A stretch of DNA of 64,000 bases from Antedon mediterranea (GCF_964355755.1 NC_092676.1:1245788-1309787); one strand, 5' to 3'. Counted from the stretch's first letter, positions 1 through 13,794 are shown. A program made the numbers and translations. The notes: generated from the sequence alone by a model not told the origin.

Positions 1-3000
1 CATAAATATATTGCCTTATCTCATGATTTAATATTTCAACTTGTATGAATTAATACAGTATTTTATAATAAATATAAGTAATGTTAATGAATCGTACAAA
101 TTACAAGACTCGGCTAATTTCTGGTCGAAAAACCTCATATCACCTCCTGCTACGCAATTATTAGAATCCTACACATTTATATAGCATTGCTATAAAATGT
201 ATGACAATGGCGTACTACACCTCTTAAATACAGAATCACACATTGTAAGATGACCAGATAATAATGTATACCAATTTAGAGTCCTACAATAATTGTAAAA
301 AATAGAGGATGTGTGGAAAGTTCTTGAATGATGATAAAAACAATGGCCGCGGCGAACTGGTTGGGGTGTGGATTTGTCATAAGACAAGGTTGTCGATGTA
401 TGAGGCACACATCGATTTTAATAATCGTATTAGTATTTGTGTATAGTATCTGTCCGTTAGTCTGTATTGCCAGCTGTCTTGACCACAAGAATGGATGGCT
501 TCACACGACAACGTGTTCTTTATGGTCAGTTTACGACTTTACTTTGAAAATAGAAAACAATGGTAATAATACGTAAGAGTTAATTATAGCAGACATAACT
601 AAATTAACAAAACGCAGATGGTACGTGGGATACTTTTCCGAAACTTAGACGTAACTCGAAAAGAAAGTTGTTTTCCGTATAAGCCGTCAATCTGAACATT
701 CTACAGTGACTGTGTTTCTCAGTAGTTAGTTCTGGGGATCCTGTACGCGATCGCATCCTGTGCCGCGCCTCTGCACAACGTAACGCAGTGATGTACGCGC
801 AACGCAAGTAGGCCTCATTTTTAACCAATCACTGACGAAGGATCATAAACTGTCGTTTGGGATTTGGTTTAGAATTATTTGAGTTGCGCATCCGATCGCT
901 TGCGTCGAATCGTTGTGGGAGAAGCAAACTCAATTGTTCTTCTATCAATTTACGCTAAAGTAAAAAGAAACTCTCAATTGATCGTTAAATTTCAGATCGC
1001 CACACACATGTCCAGCTGTTACCATAGAAACAATCTCTTAGTTTCTATCTAATCAATAGCAAACCAGTAATAACGATTATGTCACACGACTAGGCCTACA
1101 TCAACTTTAGACAATAAACTAAATAATACATCAATTATTATATTATATATATATATTATTATATTTTAGAATATCAGATCCTACAAAAATAAATATGGTA
1201 TGGTCACTCGAAGGTCAATACAAAGACTGACACGTGACACAGATAAAACAGAAACAAAACAATTTCGGACTTCCTAAGAAATCGTATGAAAGATACAACA
1301 CTAAAGACCGTTCTTCCAGATGATGTGTCCAAAAATAAAGTAAATTACATTTCTTTGTATTGTGTACTTTCGAAGGCCAAAATGCGTATCTATTTTTCAA
1401 GGTCTCTATATGGAGCCAACCATGACACTAAACAATAAGACTGAGGTAAACAATAAACAAAAACAATGTGATCAGTCTTATGCATTCGTTTTCGATTTTA
1501 AGAGCATGCGAAAATTATATTTTTAGAAAATACAAATAATGACGTCAGATTTTCCAGGTGTTGCGTGATTTGACGATTTCCACTTTTTTTATATAACACG
1601 TCATGTCACGTGACGGTATCCTATGATTGACAGCAATAATTCTATCTAGGATTTTTATTTTATGTTTATTATATGAATGAAAGTGTAATTGATAATACAA
1701 TTTTGTGTAATTAATAAAATTAAATTTAATAATTAAACTAAAAGACAGCAAAATGTACTCGTAGCTGAGATTGCTCTCTACTTTACTAAAACCGGGTTAA
1801 ATGTCAGTGATATGTATTTGTTTGTCCATGAACAATAATCTCTCTTTGTTTTGTGTTACAGTGGCCTATTTTCAATAATCATTAAATTACTCTGGACCTC
1901 CTAATTTATCCTATTTTATTAAAAATAATATGTATTGCAGTAATCCTGAACGCGAGAAAATCGTTTTACTAGCGATGGCTGTACGAAACGCCCTAGCTCA
2001 GTACACTTCAATAATTGACAATGAAAAATTAATTATCTTTTCGTGTGAAATTATATTATTGCCTAGAACAAGCAAGTGTTAAATCTAACGGCAAGGGAAG
2101 GCTATTTGTTCCGCGTATAGTTGCACGTGTGTTGGTCACGTGTTTTCTTTCAGCGCACAAGTCATAAACTTGATCAAAACACAATTGGTGTTTAAAATCA
2201 AATTCATCTCAATTCAATTTATTATTGAAAGATGACGATTTTTAAGGGTATATGGAGATAGTTAGATTTAAATTACACATTATTAATAAGTGTGGAAAAT
2301 CTAACGAGGCATGATTTAAAAAAATACTTACATAATGCAGTTCCTAACGCTTCAGTATCAGACTTATTTATTTCCAAAACAATAAAAGTCGCATAAAATT
2401 GATCCTAAATCCAATGATAAACACATACACTCTGTAAAGGAGAAGTTATAATTAATTGTTTTATTTATAGTATTGTGTGTGCTTTTTTTAAAATAACCGA
2501 TAGGATATCGTATAAACAATAGACAATGCAGAACAGTGGTAGATTATGAACACCAAATTGACAATTTGAAAAACGAACTTTTAACCTCAATTAAAAAGGC
2601 AAAATCATCCATTCATTTTCATACGCACACATCAACAGCAGTTTTTTGCTAAGTGAAGTTGTCCAATCGAAATTAGGCTTATATAGTACACCTAGGCCTA
2701 GCCTAATTATAAACAAACAAAACTCATTTATTATAAAGATAGTAGTAGGGCCTAGACGATGTCCTTCCACACAGCAGCAGAAACTAGACATAGGCCTACC
2801 CTAGTCCTAACTTAGGCTAGTTAGTAGGAGAGTATATGCAAATAAATAGACTTAGCTAGCCTCGCTCTACTACTACAGCTAGTTTTAGTAGTATTGTACT
2901 GTAACTTAACTAAGTAATACTACGTTAAAAATCAATGAAAAAATATATACAAATAAAAAAAACAATTAAATGTTATTGGCTTATTTATTATAAAATATAT

Positions 3001-3267
3001 ACGAGCTAGGCCATACTAACTATGGCCAAAGCTGGCAAGGAAGGTCCGACGAGTCGTCGAGACAGCCATATGCCTATTACACAGTAGCAACACGCGGAGC
3101 ATATGGCAGGGAGGGTGGGTGGAGAATGTGTAGGCATATAGGAGGCCTACTAGGCCTAGCTAGGTATTAGGGCTTAGGCTAGTCCTAGCTAAACGTCATT
3201 TTCTTTTGAGCAGAAAGACACGCACAGTTATATTAACAAACTAAAACACTACAAGTATAAAACTTAC

Positions 3268-3430
3268 ATAATTATCATACATTATATTGCGATAGATAGT
3301 TAGGTGGAATGTCTGAAAATGCAAACAAAAACATGTTGTCTTTTTCGTCGTGACGTGTATGCTGCATGCACATGTCGTATGTACAACGTCGTGCGTCCCG
3401 CGTGTGACGTTTGAAGTGTGCGCGTACGTC
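3268..3430 (-). promoter_or_regulatory. Putative promoter and non-coding first exon of a gene transcribed leftwards
   Basis: Donor TAT|gtaagt at 3267; CpG-dense block with CRE-like TGACGT at 3351 and 3405; TAGGCCTA-rich DNA downstream, as in the first introns of MANEA and SCAF4/8. Confidence 0.4.
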
Positions 3431-4353
3431 TAAACCAAATCATAAAAAAGGCACTGAAAACAAAGATTATTAAAAATATAAATTTTAGTTTCAAGTTTAA
3501 AATTGATTGATAAATATTCTACAGACGGTCAGTTACTTATTCACGGTTGTTTTTCTGCATTTTTCGAAATGAACAAAACACATGCTATCATCTTAGCATG
3601 CAGCCAATCTCATCATCGCAATAATTGATACATAGGTCTATGACAGCCTAAAATAAACTCATCCCTACATAATCAAGTAGCCACACAAACTTGTGTACTT
3701 ATAAATTATCGGTCAATGGTTTTCTTATTGGTCAATAGTTTTTTAACAGCATGACGTCATCGAAATTCGCTAACTTTTATACTAACGTAGCAACTCGTTA
3801 ACTGATTCTTTATAATGAATATACGTCATCTTGTTTGTAATATTGTATTATATGAAATGTTCATTTACGAACACACACAATTTTCATCAGTATCTGCTGT
3901 ATGACAAATCAGAATAAGCGAATAGTATAACAATGTACCACCGCTTATTGTGTGAGAATCAAAATAGCTAAATGATTTACAACAAAATATTAGTCATGGC
4001 CAGCGCGTAATTGTTACCAAGGGTACTGCATTAATTTGCATAATGAGCGCAAGTTATTTGAATGGCATCCATATATATGTTTGTGTCTCTGTAAATTATC
4101 CCTTAATATCACATTAATCACAAATCGTTTAATATCAACCACCGCCCGGTAAACAGAATACACATGTGCATACATGTGTTGCATACGTGCATCTGTATCT
4201 AAGCCTGCTGCACGTACGGTGTGTCACGTATAAAAAGTCGTCTGCTCTATGAAATGGGGCGCAAAAGGGTGTCGTCACACACGAAGCTCAACATACAGCG
4301 GGAATTAAGGATGGCTTACTCTGCATACCGAAAATCTAAGTGATACATAATAC

Positions 4354-4573
4354 GATGACGTTACAAACAATTTGACACGCGCGCTCAATTTCTGATAGTA
4401 CCGTACAACATTTGCACGCGGACGTCAATTTTACGCGGAGCCATTTACACGTGACGGATGATACGCCAATGATGACGTTACAAATAATTTGACACGCGCG
4501 CTCAAATTCTGATAGTAGCGAACATCATTTGAACGCGCATGACAATTTTACGCGGAACCATTTACACGTGACG
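4354..4573. repeat. Tandem duplication, period 117 bp, 2 copies
   Basis: GATGACGTTACAAA.AATTTGACACGCGCGCTCAA...CCATTTACACGTGACG at 4354 and 4471. Confidence 0.88.
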
Positions 4574-5710
4574 CACACGTAGCCTACATTTTACAATGAC
4601 GTACACGTTACACAAACAACCAATCGGATTCTGTGAATGTTGAATAGACCTACTGTAATAAGCGCGATCACGATGCTTTTATATTAGAATGCAATCTGAA
4701 TTGATACGGACAAGAGGTATGACAACGATCGTGGCAGCAGCAGCAATGTTTTACCCGTAGCGCTGCTGTGTGAGGAGCGTGATGCAATTCTACGCATGTT
4801 TGAACAAATCTGATCGATGCTGTTGATGATATAATGTGCGCAAATAGGTGTCATTGAAATCCACACGGTGTTCATGCTAACGATATGTTCTCAACCAGTG
4901 TTAATTACGTCTAAGTTAATCTCGTTTACTGCACAATTGCTTTTATATTGCATACAGGGCAAGCAAAGGTGGTCCACGAAGGCGATGCTTTTGGGATAAT
5001 GGCGACATTGAGCATCATAGTCCTACATTCCGTCTTTAAACTTGAGAACGTTAAATAATGCATTATCCTCGGGAGTGAGAGTGAGTATAACAAAATAATA
5101 AAAAATCCCATTAACTAGAAGAAAAACACAACATGTAGGCTACACACACGGGCTATTTTGTCTTCCAATTAGCAGATTGTATTTTAATATACTACGTATA
5201 GCATGTCCCGTATAAACGCACCTTTAGGATATTGATTCGTGAAAATTGTAAAATCACATTAAAAAACAGAGGTTTTTAAAACGTTAAGTTCCTTTACATC
5301 ATGAGCTTAAAAGCATTTCTGTATCGCTGTTTATCGTTGATTCGACGGGTAAAAAAGGTTGCCAGAGGCTTCAATGACATTATAGTCTTTGCGGTCTAAA
5401 TAAAATAGATTTGTGGAAGCATTACTTGGCAGCTTAAAGTATGACTCCTCATGTAGTCATCAACAATCAAGCTTTTTAATTGTTTCTGTACTTTTTATTT
5501 TATCTGTGTGCAGACTTTAAAAATAAAGGCATCTATAGTTTTAATAAACATTTATATTCATTTCATTTGTATATCTAATGCACGCGCGTTATATGCGTAA
5601 ACATGATATAACGCTCGTGTACTATTATTATCCGAATATTAACGCACGCGTACAAATACCGCAATAGTATCAACATTCTAACACGCATGTTAAAGCGTAT
5701 CTATTTGTAA

Positions 5711-5835
5711 GCGCGTCGTGTGTTTGATAGAAAGTGCGCGTCGTGTGTTTGATAGAAAGTGCGCGTCGTGTGTTTGGTAGAAAGTGCGCGTCGTGTGTTT
5801 GATAGAAAGTGCGCGTCGTGTGTTTGATAGAAAGT
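5711..5835. repeat. Minisatellite, 25 bp x5
   Basis: GCGCGTCGTGTGTTTGATAGAAAGT repeated head-to-tail with one substitution. Confidence 0.95.
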
Positions 5836-6831
5836 ACGCGCTGGTTGAAGGCCCGTCGCGGCGTGTAATACAGTCAGTCAATGACCTGCCTTTAGGACAA
5901 GTTACATCGTGATGTGTGTATTTACATCTTTCAGGTTATCCATCAATTTATGTATCTATCCATCAATTTATTTATGTATATCAATCTCTTTATATATCTT
6001 CATCCGTCATTTCATCTATCCGGTTTAATTTTAGGCCTATCTTCTTGAAGGTTCGCTTTCTTAGAATAGTAAATGATATCATTAGGTAACATTACGTTGA
6101 ACAATTGTGTCTAAAAATTTAGGAAAATTAAATGTCTGCAAAGTGCTACTACGCGCGTTGCATCCAAATAAAATAACCGTTGACGTCACTAGGGCCTAGT
6201 CATAATTATACTAAACTAAAGTTATTGTTATTATTGTATTCTTATGCTCAATAAATATGATATAGTTTAATTTTTTGTTTCAATTGTTCCGCAGTATGAA
6301 ATCATAACAATGTTTGACGCGCGTGTTCAAACATTGATAATACTTCTGTACGCGCGCGCCTAACTTTTGTGCTTATTTATGACATTATAATGTCATAGTA
6401 AATAATAATATTAATCGATAGAAGTATTTGTTAGTATTAGCAAAGATAGTTTTAGCTTCGTTGAATGCGAGTATAATTTTCTACAGCACAAAATAACGTA
6501 GGCCTTTTGACGTTAGTATTTTAAGCACGTGCTGTAGTTTCTATGGTAACGTTATTTTAAGGCTTAAATCGCTTCGATTAGTCCAACATATGGTTTTATT
6601 TTACGATTTATAAATCTATATTGCTATACTGTTACAACATAATTGTACTGCTTTTATTTTTAAATGTTGTGTGACTGTATCTTCCATATACCCCTTCCAG
6701 TCGGGAGGAAAATATTGAGATTTTATACAGTAGTCTAATCATGGGATAATAAACAACTGTTATTTTTACGTATGGTTAATAATAGACTAATTTCAGCACT
6801 TTTCACACATGACGTTCAGGTAACCTCTCCT

Positions 6832-7038
6832 ACGCGCGTCTCAACAAACGCTTTTATGTTGCGTTTGCGTGGATTACGTAACTGCGCACATCTCAACATA
6901 CGCGTTTATTTCGCGTTTGCGTGGATTACGTAACTGCGCACGTCTCAACGTACGCGTTTATGTTGCGTTTTCGTGGATTACGTAACTGCGCAAGTCTCAA
7001 CGTACCCTTTTATGTTGCGTTTGCGCGGATGACTTAAC
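6832..7038. repeat. Minisatellite, ~52 bp x4
   Basis: GTCTCAAC..ACGC.TTTATGTTGCGTTTGCGTGGATTACGTAACT units. Confidence 0.9.
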
Positions 7039-9953
7039 CTGGTGACAAGGTCAACCCTGTATATTTTCTACAACATTATTATGTTATCTTGTGATATCTT
7101 GCCTATAAATATCCGAATTTACTTATTTAGTACTATAGCGCCTACCATGAGAGCACACGTGATCTCAGTCAATAGGCCTACATCATATTGATCACATGAT
7201 CTAAGTTTAATGTTGTTACATTCATTTTATATCATTTAATTTTCTGAAAAAAAACACAAAAAGACTCGAAATCAACCTATAACGTAATCAAGATAATAGT
7301 CTAGTTATTTAGAATTAGAACTTTGATTTGATTTCTTTAAATGTAAAGCATTTCTTTCTAAAATATATAATTATTTAACTATAAAAGCAACATGCAACGT
7401 AACATGGCAATGGTTGTTGCTATAGACAAGAAGTCTTAAACTAGAATTTAAATTTGGTTTCTAAAAGTGAAGAATTTCTTTCTAAATATAAAATTAGTTG
7501 TCTGGTTTAATTTTAAATTCCAGAGGGTTTTGGAAGAATTGTCATCTGTCATCACCTCGGATGTGATAGCGTTTGACAATGTAACCCAGAAAGATTAAGA
7601 AAAAGTTAAATTAAATAAAATCTGACTGCAGCTACATCAAGTTAAGAAAAATGTTATCTGAATGATACCTCATATGATAGCTTCATCATAATTTATCTTT
7701 AAAAATGCTACTATACCAAAGTAAAGAGATTTTTTCAAAACACAAACGCGTGATATAGTGTTCTCTCGACGCTGCTATCGAGTCAAAAAGTCATTTTGAG
7801 CACAGCAGGTTATAATCGTGTTCGCATTATCACTGACTATAAATGTGGGCATCTTGAATTCTAAGCCTTCGGGTGGCTAGGCTATAATTGGTGACGGTCG
7901 GACGTGCGCGCCTGCCATTCGTGGTGGGTGTGTGTATATCAGCTTAGTCCATAAAATATGCAGTAGGCCTAATAATTTAAAATACATGATTTATTATATT
8001 AGCCTATTAATTGTGTAGATCATCCACATAGATACAATTGTATTAAAATCAGTAATTTTAAAATGAACTGTGGCCAGAATAATAAAGCGCCACACAACAG
8101 CTTGTCACGCATGCGTAACAACAAGAGCTCGGTCACTATATAATCCGTTTCTGGAGTACTGGACAGTGTGTGTAGAATATTAATTATATATTTTAAAAAA
8201 TACGATGCCGTTAAATGGAATCTGGGTAGTTAAAACGTCATTATCAATCCCTATGACAATTGATACGATTTTTAAAATGAACTTTTGATTTTAGAAAACC
8301 AAAGTTCCTCTACTGTCTTTAGTGCCTACTGTCCCTCAAAAGTAGACGCGTGCGTACATGTATCGTTATACGCGCTACACAAAATAACCAATCATATTCG
8401 ATATTCGTCAGTTATGTTAATTAGCAACGTGTATTATTATTTAAACTAACAACATCCGCATACACCTATTTGATTTAACTTTCTTTTTTATTTTATTATT
8501 TTATTAAAATTAGTGTTAATATTTGCAATTCGTTTTTAGTGAATAGCAAACGTATCGCAACAAAAATAATCAATTATTTTATGACCACCAAAATAGATTA
8601 TGAATGAAGGCGATGCGTTGTGGTTCGGCTGGGAAAGCACCGCGTGTTTGACATCTTTGTGTCATGGTGGCCTAATAAAAAATACGTTACTGATCAAGCA
8701 AAGCAGGCACCTGTTGTTGATTTCACAATTATTATTACCTCATGGCAGCAAAAAAATATTGTTATTAATTATCAAAGCATCTTTTTCCAGTTTAATTGTT
8801 GAGTTTTTTTGAACAAAAAAAATGTTTTTTAAAAATAATTTAATCCCAAAACTTTAACCAGTATATAACGAAATATTGCTTATTAACAAATATTTATACT
8901 TTAAATTACAATATCTATTTCCTTTATTCTTATATAACTTAATATTACGTGGAGAGATTTTGCAGAATAAAAGACATTTTTGGAAAAGAATGCAATATCG
9001 ATGACCTTTGAACCCGATTACGTCACTAACTTGGCTGATAAACTGAATTAAACCACAGTGTATTCTACTTTGTAATTACTAAATCCACTACAATGTTTAG
9101 GTCTAATTCTACAATACATGACCGCAACAAGAAATATCTTAATGATTTTAGTTTCTAATTGATCATTCATTTAATATTTGTATACGAACGCAAATCAAAT
9201 TTTGTTATTCATTGTTCCCCGCTAAAAATGAATTTGCTATCGTAAATTGCTAATACTATCAATTTTATTAATTCATTTTGTTGAATTAATGAACGGTATT
9301 CAATCAATTAAAAATCTACTTTATATCAAAAGTTAGGCCTGCAGCGATCTGATCTGATCGCGGAGATGGGAGTATATCGCTTTTTTCAGGAAAAGAACCA
9401 AGGTCGTGGTAATATGATGAAATGCAAGGGTGATACGTGTGTCTTGTATTTAACCATTCGTAAGTCTTTAACTTGTTTACTATTCATATATTCTGTACAG
9501 TAACTTACATCACCTACTATGTATATCTTTAGGCAAGAGAATGCATCATAACAAAAAGTCGCGACGCTACATAAAAGTACACAAAAGGGTGAAACTATTT
9601 TTAAAAAGTAGTATTATACTGGAGGTACACTATAAGGGATAATGTAGGCGCTTTCGATTTGAGAGGACCTAATGTTATGTTGTATAAATAGAGGAAATTA
9701 GGGACTTTCTTTCTCATAGATGCGGCAAAGTTTCACCGCCGCAATAAGTTGATAGTCCAGGACCAGGTCCTATCGCCGCAAATCGAACTCCGTGACGCTC
9801 TTACCGCGACGGCGCATCACTACAGAAAGAATGCTCTGTTAAAAGCATAGAGATCAGGAATATGAGTGGTTGGTTGCTAGTGACGTAATAGATCCTTACT
9901 CCTCAAACCCCAGTAGTACCCATCCTCATTACGTAATCACACATGGTATCTTA

Positions 9954-10132
9954 AGCGTGGTTCCCACTAGCGACGCAACGCAAGGACGTAACGCAACGCA
10001 AAAGAATTGACCAATCACAAGCGATGGCTTATTCGCTTGTGATTGCTAACTGTCTATAACTTTGCTTGTCATTGGTTAAAACGCTTGCGTTGCGTTTACG
10101 TCCTTGCGTTACGTTCTAGTGGGAACCAAGCT
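9954..10132. mobile_element. MITE family A (PIF/Harbinger, Tourist-like), 179 bp
   Basis: TIRs AGCGTGGTTCCCACTAG / CTAGTGGGAACCAAGCT; TTA TSD both sides; near-identical copies elsewhere in the window. Confidence 0.9.
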
Positions 10133-11696
10133 TTATACTGCATGGTATTCGTTAACCCCCAGTGACCTCTTATTTTAGATACGGTATGTAATGGGTCATG
10201 TCATTTTACATTTAAAAAGTATGAGTTATTATCAATAGGACAATTTGTATTATATTACATATTATATATATTACATATTATTATTATATATTATTATTAT
10301 ATTAATGTAGTATTATATATTATATTACCCAACCTGCTGTGTTCGATGCATTAAACAGATAATTCATTTTAAATTATATAGGACCGAATATAATAATATT
10401 TGATCAAATTAATTTGTACAGTATGATGATTTCACTATTATGATATAGAATTATATTTAATAAAATTAGGCCTATTTATCATTTTACCACATTATATAAA
10501 CTTATACAGCACATAAAGTGTGAAATGATAAATATTAATCAATAAAAATACATTATTTATAATAGTATAGAAATTTGATTTGGTATTTAAATCAATTCAT
10601 TTAACAATTCGTTTGATTTTCTATAACAAAAGCGGATCAAATTCCATCAGAAGAATAATATAAAGATATACTTTGAAACGTTACCCACTCGTCGGTTAGT
10701 AATAGATATAATGTATTCACTTTTTGTACCATATATCATTTTTCTCTAAACCCCTTCGGTACTAACTGTATTCTAGTTCAGTGTATCTTTTCCTATCTAA
10801 AATATCACGTTTAACGTTGCAGAAGAGAGCTGTCTTATTGAAACCGCCTCGGGGCCAAATCCTCATTCATGGGCCTCTTTGTTCACTGACTACAGACAGG
10901 CTACGCTTTACGTCGAAACAAAAGCTGTTAGATACAATTTTCATAGAATCGCTTTATAGACATTTTGCCTTGCCGTGTCATCTTTCGTTTTCCATGTTGT
11001 TTGTTTTTTTTTCTTTATTATTGCGGGTTTAATCATATTGGTTTTTGCATTTTCTGTTGAGATATTGCTCCCATACGGGAAAGAAAAACCGATGATCGAA
11101 TAATAGTTCGTTACTTCAAGATCCGTTCCGTTACCCTTTCCTCTCAATCAAACTTATCCTTAATCAGAAGACGTTCGATGATTTTTTTTTTCACCGAAAC
11201 TTCAAAATTTAGATAAAAACTAAATCGTATAATCACCCAAAAAAAGTTTGACTTAGTCAGCTTAGTCGTTTCTAAGGTAACTGGTACGCCTCTCTTTAAA
11301 AAAAATTGTATGCAAATATTCTTCCTGATTTTTGTTTTACTTTAGGAAATTCTATATATAAAGATTGTCTTTTAATTAGTGTTACAAAAGCCTACATATT
11401 AGGTGATACTTACATATAAATTATGCATTAAACAATGTATAACTTGTTTCTAATTATCACGCACTTTTCAATAATATCATTCTAGTCACGTGACAATTTC
11501 GTCATGCTGTAAACCGTAATTAATTTACTTTGAACTTTATCGATCTTCAACTTGCGTTCACATTTAAACATTTTCAGGGAAATTGATATAATTAAATTAT
11601 ATACATGAAACTTTATTTATTATGGCTCATGGTATAGGCTTTTATAAAAGTAACACGTGATCAATTACGTCACGTTCGTGACTTGATAAACTTCAA

Positions 11697-11789
11697 TGCA
11701 GTGTGAATACAGGTTATCCTAACTTTGTTGCAGTGTGAATCCAGGTTATCCTAACTGAATCTAGTTTCATTGCAGTGTGAATCAAGCCT
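11697..11789. repeat. Short tandem repeat TGCAGTGTGAAT.CAGGTTATCCTAACT (x2-3), probably a MITE end
   Basis: Direct repeats at ~11697, ~11729 and ~11772. Confidence 0.65.
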
Positions 11790-13398
11790 TGTTCTTAGGA
11801 CCACTTTGACGCAACGCAACGACTTAGGCGAAAGTTTGCCATTGCATATACAATTCGGTGATGATACTTTCTGCTGATCAAATTGTGTTCAACTGTTTTT
11901 AATTTTGTATTTTATCTTTCAATAAAAATAAAAATGGATAATAGATAATTATACATGTTTTGTTAGTCACCTCAACAGTTTCAAAAGTTTCTGTTTTTAA
12001 TGTATCTCAAGAATTCCAACCTATTAAAACTTTCGATTCACTTAAAAAAATATTATGTGTACAGTGTATACGTCAGAAAACCACTCTAATACGCACAATA
12101 TTTGCTATCAAATAAAAACGAATTGTTATTACTATAAATGTATATGGACATGTAGAATGTTAAAGCTATCTCAGTTTCTGATAAACGCTATTGGCAAAGT
12201 ATGTTTAAAAGTATGGATTAGATTTTAGCTGTCTTCTTTACAATACAAAACGTATTGTCGTCGTCGTCGCTAATCTAATTCATAGTAATCAGTAATCCAC
12301 CCATGGGCTATCCCTAAACTCTTCACGAAGCCAGAGAAACAAACAAGACTAAACAGAACCTTGTCATACAACACGGCACAAAAACCAACAACAATTAAAT
12401 GTTTGCGAGAGAGAAAAGCATACAGCTATCAAGCTGATTAGCGCTAAATTGTATTCAAACCATCTCTTGTATTACGGTGTCACTAATGATATCAACAAGC
12501 ATCAGTTAAGCTAGTCGGATAATGGCGTTCAGGAAGTTAGAATCGTTTATTGGGGGAAATTACGCCGTCTTTAACTAGGGTACAAATTAGTAAACGGCGG
12601 AGATAAATCAATGGATTTAACGTAAAGTAAAATATTTGCCTACGGTGGTATCGGTTACGGACCTTGTGAGTTTGCGATTATAGCGACAAGCGGTGCTGTA
12701 CTTTATGTCTATTATCTGACTTATTAGTTAAAATCAATGTGATTATTACAAGTTGACTGATATCTAGCCGTGTGTTTTCTACGCGCTTACGTTAAAATAT
12801 TACTTCTTGTAAGCAATTAGCTTACACAATCGCAGTGCGCCTCAAGTAAAGTTTACTATTTTGCTTTTGACACGTATGTGCGTCGATGAAATGCGCATGC
12901 GTGTAAATTATAACTTAAATAAGTATACGCAAAAAAATTATATTTGTTTATGTTGATGCGCAAAGAATGATTGAGAGTTGAACACGCAAAGTCCTACGCG
13001 CACACAAATAATTGACTAATCACAAGTCAGAGTTTATAACCTACGCTTGTGATTGGTCAAGTTACTTGCGTTGCGCGAACGGTCCTTGTATTGCGCCCTA
13101 CAATAAGTAATATAATGATAACCAATCTTTCGCTTAAAAAGCAAACATATAAGCTGTGTTAAAAACAAATCAGTCTGGTTTTTCTTTCAGGCAACAATAT
13201 TACAATAATTAATTTCCGTTATTTTCCGATTCTGAAAAAATGTAAATGTATTCTTCTTTAGCTCTGCAGCATGTTTTCTGAAGAGGGCGATATATTTCTT
13301 TTGCATTTTATTAAGATGGTCAAGAAAGTGAACAGCATACGCCAAGTAACATATACATATATAACATAACAACATACTTTGTCCAAGTACTTTCACTT

Positions 13399-13435
13399 GC
13401 ACTGATGAAGGGCTAGTGTTGCCCGAAATCTCTGC
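13399..13435 (+). ncRNA. Minimal type I hammerhead-ribozyme motif (Penelope-like)
   Basis: GCA-CTGATGA-A-GGGC-tagtgtt-GCCC-GAAA-TC-TC-TGC: intact core boxes, 4-bp stem II, 3-bp stem I, vestigial stem III. Confidence 0.55.
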
Positions 13436-13529
13436 TAACTTTTCTTCCTTTGGATTTATATATAACATAACATAACATATATAAATAAATGATAAAGACG
13501 CTAGTAAATTACCAACTGAACATTTTATT

Positions 13530-13573
13530 GCACTACAGGCTGTTTCATGAGTAAGAACACAATCTCCAGGTGC
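13530..13573 (-). ncRNA. Degenerate hammerhead-ribozyme motif, inverted relative to the first
   Basis: Minus strand GCAC-CTGgAGA-tTGtGT-TCTT-ACTCAT-GAAA-CAGCCTG-TA-GTGC: 4-bp stem I, GUA cleavage triplet, one core substitution (A6>G). Confidence 0.45.
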
Positions 13574-13794
13574 TTGGCTCTGAATGATAGTCACATAACA
13601 TATACATATACCGGTATAACATAACAAGAATGCATTTTTTACAATACTAACTTATCAAACAATCCACATTTTATATAAAGAAAGAATAATTTATAGAGAT
13701 ATGCAATATTCCTCTCTGTTTGTTTTGCCCTGGAAAGATTTTAGCGGATTTTAATCGCAAACGGGATTTTTTTTTAAACTCAAAGCACATGCTT

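Noticed and set aside
190-830. Coding exons in the first kilobase
   Set aside because: Short ORFs without recognisable similarity or consistent splice sites; 770-835 resembles a family A fragment.
5711-5835. 25-bp repeats as a CRISPR array (also the 31-bp and 52-bp arrays)
   Set aside because: Units are contiguous with no spacers, there are no cas genes, and the context is eukaryotic.
9721-9825. tRNA gene on the minus strand (GTTCGA B-box-like)
   Set aside because: No cloverleaf; at most a decayed SINE head.
13187-13627. 146-aa ORF
   Set aside because: Non-ATG start; the CYICICY repeats come from TA-rich tracts; it overlaps the hammerhead cassette and has no recognisable domain.
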